A stretch of DNA of 47,349 nucleotides, from positions 248,001 to 295,349 of the forward strand of contig CT868001.1 in the NCBI GenBank assembly GCA_000165425.1. The letters are read 5' to 3'. The notes under the pieces are model-generated. The model worked only from the letters and a program-made list of their open reading frames with translations. It was not told the origin of the DNA and made no database searches. Position 1 is the stretch's first letter. Each line of letters opens with the position of its first letter. Below are positions 35,901-47,349 of this stretch, piece by piece. A program made the position numbers and the translations under genes. This DNA is from Paramecium tetraurelia (taxonomy: Eukaryota).

Positions 35901-38900
35901 TTTAATTCTTGGAACCTTTTTATTACTCAAGGAAAGCACTTTTGTGTGAGCAGTTCCAAAGAACTTGGCAATGTTAGCAGTTAATTCATCGTCCAACTTT
36001 AATTGTAACAAGTATCTGTTGGCCACTTCAACCAAAGCCTATTCTGGCCATGGCATAAACCAAATCATAGTGGTATTATTAACCAAACCTGGATACATAC
36101 GACAATAGTTTCTTAGATTCTCTCCAGTCTTACTCATCAAAATCATAAGATGGAAATTGTTTTGAATTCTAGTGAAGAAATATTCGATGAGGTCTTCATC
36201 TTGGATTTTAGCATCCTTGTCTAATTTGTTTTCTTCTCTGTAATGCTTTCTGACTCTATCTTTGATCTAGGGATAGTCTTCCTTTTGACTGAATAGATTT
36301 GGTACCTCACCCACAGAGAGAATGTTATTGATATCTTCAATGAATCCCTCATTAGCAATTTGATTGTCACTAAAGATGAAGGTTCCAGAGACTCCCTTAA
36401 ATCCTGCCTCTTCACACCATTTTTTGATGTCTTCTCTGAACTCTTTCATTCTATAATTCTTACTGACTTCAATCTACCAACTCTTGTATTCAGCAATATG
36501 AGTGGCTAATTTTGTGAGTGAGTGTCTACCAGCACCACCTTCTCCAACAAGCATTCCGTGTCCTTTGCCCAAATTAATGATACGATTGATCTTACAAATG
36601 TAATGGACTGCTTCTTAAAAGAGAACTATGTTCATGGCCTTAGACTTATTTTCAGTGTTGAATTAGACCAATTTCTCCTCTAAGAATTTCTTCAAATTCT
36701 CTCTGTCATTATATGTCACTTCAATGTATTTGCCTCCACTTTCCTCCATGAAATTGGCAAAGACTGTGTCATCTTCATTTTCATTAGTACACTCTTTGAT
36801 GGTGGTTTAGAGACATGAGACCAATTGATCGTTGATCAATTATTTGCATAATTATCTGTCCTCAACACTAATGAGTCTATCATGGAATACTCTTAAACAT
36901 TCATGCGCCCACAATCTAAGTACAGTCATTTTGTTATCACAATACAATCTGTCTAATTAGTAGACTCCTTGAATGACTTTGGAGATGTCTCTCATATTGA
37001 AGACATAATGAGATTTGGCAGGAGTAGGCAAAAAGTTATTTGTGACCATCTAGAATAAGTTGTATGTGGCTTAGCCAATGGGTTCAATGAGTAATTTGAT
37101 TTCATCCTCAAATTCTTAAAATTTATAAGCCAAAATGGATTAATAGATTCTCTTGACTTGTTGATCTGAGAGCACAACAAAATTGATGACATGGAATTTG
37201 TTTTGAATTCTAGTAGAGATTTCTGCTCTACCACCACCTGGAGGTCCCATAGCTGATACGAATTGAATATCTAAAATGAATTTGAATAGCTCTCTGTTTG
37301 TACGATCAAACCATCCTTCATAATCCATCCATTAACGAATAAGTTCAAGAGGTGGTTAACTTCCATAAATGTCCTTTCTGGGCATATTGAGATCATCAAT
37401 AAATATGATCATTTTCTTGCCATCAGGAATCATCTTATTTTTAGATCTCTTTACCAATTTACTTTCAATCATTTCTTGAGTCTTTTATGAGGAAGTCTGT
37501 GCTGAAAACACAATGTTCATAGTAGTGTACTCAAACATCTAAAGGAGAACTCCATTCAATAAAACAGTCTTTCCAGTACCTGTCAATCCTACAGCCAACA
37601 CAGCATTTTTGTTACTAAGTAATCTAGTGATGATGTTCTTGTTTCTGACCTGATCAGTTGTAGGTACAAGCATTTTGTGATATGGACTATTATTTTCAGG
37701 TTTCCATTGACCAGTACCCAACTTTTCATCCCATGAAGCCCATTCATTTTTATCACTGTTTTACAAAGAAATCATAGACAGTATTTTGACTGGGGAAAAT
37801 CAAATCAATATCACGCATCTATTAGTCAATAATACGACGACCATCTTCATCTACTGTGGCTCCTATGCTCCACACCAATCCAAATGTAAACCACTTTTCA
37901 AGAAGTGTCCAATAAACATCACTCTTGTTTTGAATGTCCATTGACAATTGCTTTTCACTCTTAAAGAAGCAATCCATCAAATTACAGAATGAGATAATGA
38001 CATTGGTTTCACTGCATGGTATGATTTCCTTGCACCACTTTCTTTGTTTGAAGAGTTTTGGAATCCATCTCTCTATGAATTCAAAGATAGTTTCTTAAAC
38101 CAAAGGATCTGTCAATTTCTCAACCCAACTCTCAATGTAGGGTCTCCATCCGAGATCATTTATGTCCAAATAAACCATACCTGCTCTTGACACTGTGGCT
38201 GGGGAGGCGACTGCCAGATTCTCCACTTCAAAAATCAATCCCATTTATGGAGGTAATGAGATTCTATCACCATTCAGTAGGGTCAACACTTTATTGTCAT
38301 CTAGCACTGTATTCATAGATTCAATCCAAAGTGTATCGACTGGTCCATCCAGAATCATCCATTTTTGATCTGGTGTTTCATCTTTGCACAATCGAGCCAT
38401 CATGGATGATAACACGCCATCATTCCACTCCATAGTAGAATTTACATAACCAAACAATTCATTGATGGTAACAGCCTTTGGATTCAACACTTCAATCTTC
38501 ACCTTAGGATACTTGTTGGGTTCTCTTTCATTCAATGAATTTAAACAATTCTTCAATACTTTCCAACATGTAGTCTTGCCTGCCAATGATTGACCTACAA
38601 GCATATTACCATGACGTGTATTCTTTGAATCATACAATTAGATGATTTTGTTGATGTGTTCTACTCTTGTTTGCAATTTGAGATTTCTCATCTGGGTTTC
38701 AATTTCATTGAACAAAGTTTCATTTATTTACTCTTACAAGTCAACATTTGGAAATAGATCGTTGAAAAGAGCATTAAACAATGGGACATCTTCAGAGACA
38801 AATTTTGGAATGTTCATATCTCTAATGGCCCTCATTAGAATCTAGGTCTCTTGATTTGCTTCGTCCATCTCACTTTCCTTCTAATTCTCTCTAGCATTCT

Positions 38901-41900
38901 CATCTTGCTTGACTTTCTGGATTTCATTGGATTTATCTCTTCTGATTTAACCAGCACAGGTGAGAACAGACTTGATGGCTCTTAGACCGAAATCATAATG
39001 ATCTTGTTTAGACAATTGTTGGATCATCAATCTATAGAGTGTAACCATCTTGGTGGAGAGAGCATGTCCAGTCTTGAATCCTTCTGATGTAAGCATGATT
39101 TCACAAATGATTTCATTCTCAGGAACCATCATAGAAATTGGTCTGAATAAAGACTTCAAGTTGTCTGGAAGTTCTGATCTACCAGCATAACCAGGATTCA
39201 TTGTGATGAATATAGCAAATTGATCATTGATGGGTATCACATCTGAATCCAATTGGAAGGATGACTTCTCCTTATTCTTTTCGTATTCTTTCAATGCATT
39301 CATTATTTGACTCACTTGTTATGCAACAACTGATAACACTTCCACTTCAATACGATTGAATTCATCGAAACAACCCCAACCACCTACTTGCACTAATCCA
39401 CTGAACATTCTACCAATACTCTTGTAATCCAATCCTTCTGAACAATTGAAAACTAATACAAATTTAGCCATATTCTTGCCCAAATCCTTAACTGTTTCTG
39501 TTTTACCAGTACCAGCAGGTCCTTAAGGAGCACCTCCTTTTTTCAAATGCATAGCTGTTGTCAAAGTCATGTAGCATCTATCTGTCAAAGCAGTTACAAC
39601 CAATCTACCATTGTTACCTTAATATTCATAACCATAAGCAAAACTGCTATTAGCTTATTCAACCTTACACTCAAATATATCATTAACTGCTGTGCCTGTA
39701 AATCTTAATTACTTCAACCATTCAAAAGAATGTGGAGATTGACAATTCTTTGTGAGATGATCAATAATTTCCTTCTGGTGTACCTCAATAGTAATTAAAG
39801 CAACCAATTTCAATCTATCGACCTCATTACTGGGTTTACGAATCAATTTAGTCAATTCCAAGATGAATGATTGTTTCTCATCTTTGATAGCCTTCCAGCC
39901 TCTATTTTTCTCTGGTCTTTCAGAATTGTAGATCTAATTTAACACATTGGCACAATCACCTGACCATGTCAATTGACTGGCAGTAATTAACAATTATCCA
40001 GGATGTTCCTTGACCCATTTATCAACCCAACGCATTCCTTCCTTCTTCTTTATACTCTACATTGTAGAGAATAATTCCTTCTTGAGTACATCTCTCATGG
40101 TCTTCTCAGCCTAACCAAGCCATTTCTCTAATTGAGAATCGCAAAGGACTTTGGTAGTGAATTTAACAACTTCTCCATCTGGGGCTACCATGGCTTAAAC
40201 TTCATAGACATCTTATTTGGCTCTTCCAGTCTAGTATTATTGGGTGAGGATATCGAATTTCTTGATACCTTCGAAACATTTCTTGATGTGCTTATTGACT
40301 TTGAACACGTCTTTGGAGTTTCCCAAAAGTTCAAACAAGTCATCGTTGGACAAGAAATAGAATCTGGGGAAATCCTTACGTTATTTCTCCAATAATTAAT
40401 ACAAGATCTTTTGACTCTCGTCCAATTTCTAATTCATTGTACATAATTCTTAATAGAAACCCTCATATGACAATGACCTTTTGACATTCTTATCTTCATA
40501 GATACGATTCATGTGTCCTGATAATTGAGAATTGATTGCTGCAAACTTATTGATATCTCCCATCAATTGTTTTTCAGATTCCTTCTCTTGAGTGGCAAAA
40601 ATGGCTTCCAAATAAATCCATTATCTTTAAACTATAGATAACATTTCCAAGGTCTCTGAGATTTGTTATAAGCAATTCTCCCATCTTTCAATAGTGGGTT
40701 TGAATGAATCATAAAAGGCAGTTGTTTTTTGAGCACTCAAAACAGCCATATGATCTTCCAAAATAGTGAAAATCTCTTCAGTCTTCTTGATTTTGTAGGT
40801 CTTCTTGAAAGTGTCCATTTCCAATTCAAGTTTAGCCCATCTCTAATCAATCTTATCCAAAGCATTTTCAATTTTGAATTCTTCCTTAGCAACTTCACAC
40901 ACATCCTTAACAGCTTCACCATAGGATAATAGATTCAATTTGAATATTTCAGCCATGTTGAAGTCTTTGCTATCTGGTTCAATGTTGGTTCCTAGATGCT
41001 ATCTCATTTTATCCCAATGTCTGTCTCTCATGTATTGTTCTCTCAACATGATGATCAGAGGAAGTGTTTGTTTGAATTAATCAATAATTTGTTTCATGTG
41101 ATTAACAATTTCCCACTTCTACTATTCTCTTGGTAAAGCCTTCAACTTCCTCAAATAATCATCACCAATTTCGTCCAAATTGTCACAATTGACATCTCTG
41201 AAAGCTGTACTTCCAATATCCTTAATAAATTAATCCCATTCTTCCTTGGTGTGCCAAATGTAGGATAATTGTGCAATCTCCTTCTCCATGAATTCCAAAT
41301 CTGGAGATGGAACGTAGTTGAATTTAAACAAATCGAAACCAAATTTCATTGATTCCTCTTTCTTACGATATTGCTTAACTTATTCAGAATATTCATTTAA
41401 ATTTAATAATGCCTTTTCATGAGGCATATTGGTTGCTTGATATGGAGCATTACTCTAAAATACAATCTTGTAATCTCCAGTTTCCTTGATGAATTCATCC
41501 AAATTCTTCTGAGTTTCCAAGTACAAATTGTTGTGTACTTTACGGTTTCTCTCTTAGATTCTATCCAACATCACATTGAAATTAGCCCAAGTGTTTCTTA
41601 AATTGTTCTTTCTTGTGATATCATCATCTTTCAATTGTATTGAATAATCCTCCAACAACTTAAACTTATCTTCCAATGGACCCAATTTAGCCTCAATGGA
41701 TGGTCTATCCTCATTCAACTTATTCCAAAGATCACTACTCTTCTTTAATTGTTACAAATCTTAAGGAACAATGTCCAAATTTGTTTCTGAGGTCTGGAAT
41801 AGTGAGTATAATTAATTCAAATCTTGCAATGCTTTATCCTAAGTTGCATTCAAGAAAGCATTCTACCAAGAGATCATAATATCAATCAAAGTAGATTTAA

Positions 41901-44900
41901 TTGAAGTGTTATCCAAGATGATGCAATCTTGGGTTTTTGTTGTTTCTAATTGCTGGATTTCTCCTTAATGTAAATCAAAGGTTTCCAATTGAGTTTTGAT
42001 ATTAGTAATTGGATCATTTCTGTTGATCATGTCCTTAATAAATTTCTCCTTCTAATTTGCCTATTGCCAATACCAATCGTAACGTTTCCATTAACCATGA
42101 GCATCTACTGAATTCAAAGCATCACAAGTCTTGCTCAATTTACTATTGATTTTCTGAATCAAACCATCACTATCGTTCTTGATCTTGATATTCTGTTCGT
42201 TATCTAGACTCCTAACTGATATCTAAGTCTCCTACTCCTATTATTAAACTTAAGATATTTCACTCATTCTTCTAATATTTTAAGCCTACGGATTCTTGGA
42301 GTCTTTAGAATTTAATAAGATTGCTTCATCTAATTTCTTCTTTCTCTCCTCCTTCATGACTTCATCCATGCTCTTAAAATCTTTCATGATTTCTCTCATA
42401 TATTCACATGTTTAAGAGACCATCTGTTTCAAATAGTTTGTTGATGGTCGATACTCCTGTTATTGATTCTCCAATTCCACTGATAATTTGAAAATGGGCA
42501 CTGGAGTGATCTTACCATCCTCTGAACCAATTACTTTTTATAAATCAATCAATGAATTCTTTACTGCCTTCTCATAACTCTCCTTGATCTTGTAATCAAT
42601 AGACTTCACCTACTTCAACCAAACTGTTTAGACCTCAATCCTATCAAATAGAAATGGATCATAAGTCTCAGACAATATCTTCCTTATTTCATCAAATATT
42701 TATTTCAACTTCTAATACATATCTCTTCTATGTTTCTCTTATTCCTCCTCGAAGGACTTGTGATCATATTGCTTCTTACGATCTATCTTTATCAACAATT
42801 TATTGGCAATCTCATTGCATTTACCATCTATCTTGTCCATATTGGTCTTAAACATCTTCAATTTCAAGAACATCTCTTAACAAGCTCTACGACAATCCCT
42901 AACTTAACTATCAATGATTGTCTTTGCACTCCATCTCAATCGGGATGCCAATGGTTATATTACCTTTATTGACAGTCTCCAAATGTTGAGCAAACAATTT
43001 CTTCTCAGTTTCTGTCATATAGTCCAAATAATGTTGTTGTATTCTCTGACAACTAACATCACCAACTCTCTGAGCACTCTCAAGCTCTCCTTGTGATTCT
43101 AAGTAAAAATCATTAGCATAACTTGGAATCACAACACCAACAGCTATCAATTTCTACCAAGCTGAAGTCTCATGCAACAATTTTAACAGTTGTCTATCGA
43201 AATTGCTTTCTAAATGGCCAATCTTAGGTCTCAAAGACTCCTTCTTATATTAGAAATCTGGATGTTTCTCATCTGTTCTCAATAATACCTACTTGTCTAA
43301 TCTGGTAGTCAAAACTATGTCTTCCAGATCTTTACAATCTTCTTTCCATTCCTTCAGCCTGGATTCTATGATAAACTGTTTCAAATTCGATGACAACTAT
43401 TCAAATTTCTCAATTGCAGTTCTCTTAATCGAGTCATCAATGAAGTACATCTAATCAATCCAATATCTCATTCTCATGATTCTATGACTCAATGAATTAA
43501 CCCAAATTGCCTGTCCAGAAAATGAGCCATGTTGTAAAGGGTAATACTATAGTTTCTTAATATTATCGAATTCATGTTTTGTTGCATCAATTTCTTAGAT
43601 GAATAATTCTAAGACTACTATAGCCTTATTTTGAACTACCCTCTTGATCGATTGTCTTTTAGCCAATTAATCAAAAGCTTCCAATAATTCAACTCCTTAT
43701 TGAACTGTTGTCATACTCTCAAAAGCATTATTAATAATATTGGTGTACATAACATCCAAATCCTTTACTCCATTACGAAATGCATTAAAGACATCATGCC
43801 ACTTAGAGGCTTTCACATCTAATATCTTATCCTTATCAGTTTTACGAATATCTCTGATTGGTTTCAAATGCTTAGCAAAACTATCCTTTATTTATTCAAG
43901 ATTATCTTCAATCTCTTGACCTTTGCTGCCTCCAAATTGTGGAATGTGACTACCAGCTCCTTTTCTGGCAAATTGCAATTATCCTTCACATATTTCCAAT
44001 AACTCCTTGCAACGAGAGATGAAGGCATCAACTTAAGCAAATATAGAATTATTGAAATCCCATTTAGGTCCTTTAGTCAATGATGACATCTTCTCAATTG
44101 CAACTGACATTCTTTAGTAAATCTTCTTCCATTGTTCTCCACACTCAATTGAATCATTCAAATCTTAAATGCATTTCTCCACATCACCATCCAACATGTC
44201 ATTGATATTGATACTAGACTTGCATCTCTTAATAATCTCATTTGAAATTTTATGGATCAATCCTTGAATCCTCTCTGGAGTATTAAAGTATCTAGACTTC
44301 TCCCAGATATATCTCACTCTGAATAACAAATTCGGGAGTAATTCTGGGATCTCCTTGGGTGTAGCTGTCTCCAACTATTTGCAAGGTTCATACAGAATCT
44401 TTAGATTTTCTAAGTTGTCCTCTGCTTAACTGGATCCCAATTTGATATTCTCAGTAACATCCTTGAAGCTCTAGACATATTGACTATCACTCAATATTTG
44501 GATGATTCTTTTCAACTCTGGTTTCTCCAATTATTCATGAATGTGCGATAAATTATTTTTTCTTTATCTCCAATAAGAGATCTCATCAAGTGGACCTGCA
44601 TTCTCATTCTCAATAGCCAATTCTTAATTATTCACAATGTCTTTGATTTATCTCTACCAATGTAATAAGATTGCCTCTAATCTTTACAACAAGTCTTTGT
44701 CATGAGAAGCTTACTCAATATTATTCAAGTCTTCATTTGGAATATACAACTCAGTAATGCCTTCTTGACTGAAGGAATACTCAGTAAGAGTTGCCATGAA
44801 TTTATGTAATTGAGCCAAGAACTCTTTTTTTACATTTTCAGGCCAAGAGGAGTCCTAAATAAATTATGGTATGAATTAAGCATTCATTTATTTCAATAAT

Positions 44901-45569
44901 GTCTTCAAGTAATTAATATTGATAACACCATCGCTGACATACTCAGCAACATTTTCCTCACTTATTATCACATCTTATGGGTGTGGCAGTTTCAAAAAAT
45001 ACACAAAATCGGGATCAAATGCATCAGGTTCTAATCTAGGTGGATCTGTCTCACTCATTTAAATTCCTTATTCTGTCATCCAAGCAAACAAATTCGCTTA
45101 TCCATGCTTACACATAAAATTAATAGATAAAATATCATGAGGATCATTCTTCCACTACCATTGTTCAACTTCATAGGAGTCCAAGTGTTCTAACACTTAT
45201 TTTCTCACGTAAATAGCTCCGTAATCTAAATATTATTTAACTTTTACCATTAGCACCAGCTGAGGCAAGTTTCAATAACGATTTTCTTCTGGCTGCCTAT
45301 CGATGTATTCTAAATCTAGGGGGATCCTCTGTTTTTCCTTAAGCCAACCATTCCTCCTTTGTTTTCTACCATTCTTCTTCTGGAACGGCTTCCTCTTAGT
45401 CTTCTGAGATTTGACTCGTATGATCAGGAGATCCCCTATCCATTTTTGGGGATTCTGGCTGACGAGGTGATGACTAATCAGGTAGTTCAATCTTAGTAAT
45501 CTCTTATGGAGAAGTTTGATCAGGAAGAGGTTGCATAGGGGATTCTGGTTCACCATCATTCTGTAACAT
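29957..45569 (-). CDS. DNAH2: Axonemal dynein heavy chain, DNAH2-type (inner arm I1/f beta); broken in this assembly by gaps and indels
   Basis: Tail [23 protein letters not shown]...[14 protein letters not shown]1 [21 protein letters not shown] and [21 protein letters not shown]2 [11 protein letters not shown]3 GLTGTGKT and [11 protein letters not shown]4 GEGGAGRHS. Stalk, [25 protein letters not shown]; ends [17 protein letters not shown]. Introns at 45226-45247 and 30136-30160. Confidence 0.93.
34240..34389. other. Assembly gap (150 N)
   Basis: Run of N. Confidence 0.99.
34390..35716. repeat. Near-identical copy of 43515-44840 (dynein tail segment) sitting between two N-gaps
   Basis: 1327 nt versus 1326 nt. 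The only differences I saw are one substitution near 35582 and one extra G near 35614-35616. Confidence 0.95.
35717..35866. other. Assembly gap (150 N)
   Basis: Run of N. Confidence 0.99.
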
Positions 45570-46169
45570 TTTTTTTAATTTAAATAATGATATTTATTTA
45601 ATAAAAAATTACTTGTAAAGGAGGCTTAGATATCTAAAAATTTATTTTATTTAATAATCTTTCCAATAATAAAATTTCATCACCATTGACCAATACTAGT
45701 CTAACTTTATCACATTCTTTTTTTTAATTTCCTCCTTTCTTACTCAATTCATCTATCAGTATTTTTTAAATTAATACTTCTTTTAATCTTTATGTATTAG
45801 ATAGGAATTACAAATTTTCATTATTATGGAAAAATAAATTAATTGTTACTTCATTTCATAGAAACTTACTAAATTTCCATTATTCATACATTCAATAACA
45901 AACTTTACAAGTGTATGAATTATTTTCAATCAGCCTCATAAGCTACACGTTCCACCTTGACATAGATATCTTAATAAGATATAAACCCGTTATTAAAATT
46001 CATAATTCTCAATTAGCAAATTTTTCAAATTATGAAAAATTTGTATAATGAAATATTTATTTTTTCAGTAGATAAATCTAATTCACTTAAAATATTAAAT
46101 TTATGATAATACTCAATATCTAGTTTAAAAGATGATAAAAACTTTTATATATATAAAATACATGATAAT

Positions 46170-47349
46170 TCAGAGTATTATGATACCTATCTCTATTTAT
46201 TAGTCATCCTTAGCTAATACTATTTTGTAAAAGTCATTAAGATGTTCAGCTTGACCTTCAAATCTATAATTAAATTAAATGTAAGATTGTAAGGTTTTAT
46301 CTTCAACCAGGTGTGTCCTTATCGTAATAAGACACAGTTAAATATAAATATGAAGGTGATAAAAAAAGAGAAGGACAACCTGGAGGTATTTTAATTGGAA
46401 TTCATAAGTAGTTCCATTTTAGAGATATAACAAATTTTTTCATCGATGGAGAAACTAATGATCAATATGCATCTGGTCTTCTGATTATCCACATTGTGAA
46501 TCAAATCGTATAACTGATTTATTCAAAAGTTTGAATAATTAAAATTTTCATATATTAATTTAGATTAGAAGGATAATGAAATTTTTAATTTGTATTTAGA
46601 AAGTTTGGAAACCAAAATTTTTAAAAGGGTTAATGATAATGAAAATACTCTTTGATTTTCTTAATTGCTTAGAATTTTATTTACAAGAAAAATTAGATTA
46701 AGAAGGAAGTATTTCAAACATCCAAGTTGATTAAGATTTTCTAATTCAATAAATAAAATAAATATACTTAGAGGATGGCAGTGAAATAGATTATGTGGAA
46801 GAATCAAAAGAATAATTCAGTTTATTAGATAATTTAGTTTAGAGGTTCCACTTTACAAATAAAGAAGAATGGAAAATTAAATAGGGTCTAGTTTTTACTA
46901 TAATTTAGATTTCATCCAATTGTTTTTCAGATAATCTTGCTTCTTTTTGTTAGAAAGCTCTAATCTAATTGTGAGTTCAAGAAAAAGATATAAGAGTTCG
47001 AAACCTTTTAAAAAATTAAAAATTGGTAAGTCTGTAAACGCAGATTTTGTCAAAAGATTGGTAGTCTTAACATGATAGAATTGCAGGGAAAATGTAGGAA
47101 ATGTTGAGCAGAATTGATGAATTGTAAGAATAAATTTCTCATGAGGCTAATCTTAATAAGCGAGATATATATCTGAAAGAACTTGATGAGACCACATAGC
47201 AATTAGATCAATAAATTGAAAATATCAGTGAAATGGGTCAATAACTTTAGATTGATAACTGATTTTGTTCATCATATCCGAAAAGGTTTAATCAGAGTGG
47301 AGGGGAAAATTAATGAAATGAAGGAATAACTCAAAAACATTGGCAATGA
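46170..47349 (+). mobile_element. Possible degenerate non-LTR element, APE-type endonuclease remnant
   Basis: KREGQPGGILIGIHK (about 46364-46408) resembles the APE endonuclease GGV.I.I.K motif, and YLEDGSEIDYV (about 46765-46797) resembles T...S.IDY. Frames are disrupted by TGA and indels. Confidence 0.35.

Noticed and set aside
38642..43096. Plus-strand ORFs in the track within the dynein region
   Set aside because: They are antisense shadows of the dynein coding strand with no independent motifs.
1..47349. Frequent in-frame TAA/TAG suggesting mass pseudogenisation or readthrough
   Set aside because: This is the standard ciliate code 6. TAA/TAG occupy Gln positions and genes end in TGA.
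1..47349. CRISPR arrays, rRNA, telomeric repeats or clear TA-bounded IES insertions
   Set aside because: None seen. Short interruptions in genes are GT-AG introns. IESs in non-coding zones cannot be judged without a MAC/MIC comparison.

Overview
AT-rich ciliate nuclear DNA, most likely a Paramecium macronuclear scaffold. TAA/TAG read as Gln, TGA is the only stop, introns are GT-AG and about 20-27 nt, and genes are densely packed. The supplied standard-code ORF track is therefore fragmented, and I re-read the genes by hand in code 6. In order: 3' part of a class III adenylyl cyclase; an atypical tRNA-like gene with a CCT anticodon; a beta-rich hypothetical; an EF-hand/C2/transmembrane protein; an ARP4-like actin-related protein; a POC5 homologue; a helical-repeat protein; a frameshifted small gene; a B-box/coiled-coil/Kelch protein; a small basic protein; a large PAS-type membrane protein; a head-to-head pair of a MIEAP-like gene and an HSPA12-type Hsp70; a decayed zone with non-LTR RT remnants and pseudogenes; a B-box/WD40 gene; an actin remnant; a DNAH2-type dynein heavy chain interrupted by two N-gaps around a misplaced duplicate; and a possible APE-endonuclease remnant. 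The best candidate for an undescribed system is the divergent HSPA12-like and MIEAP-like (possibly GrpE-like) pair, followed by the non-canonical tRNA. No searches were run; family calls come from motif recognition.
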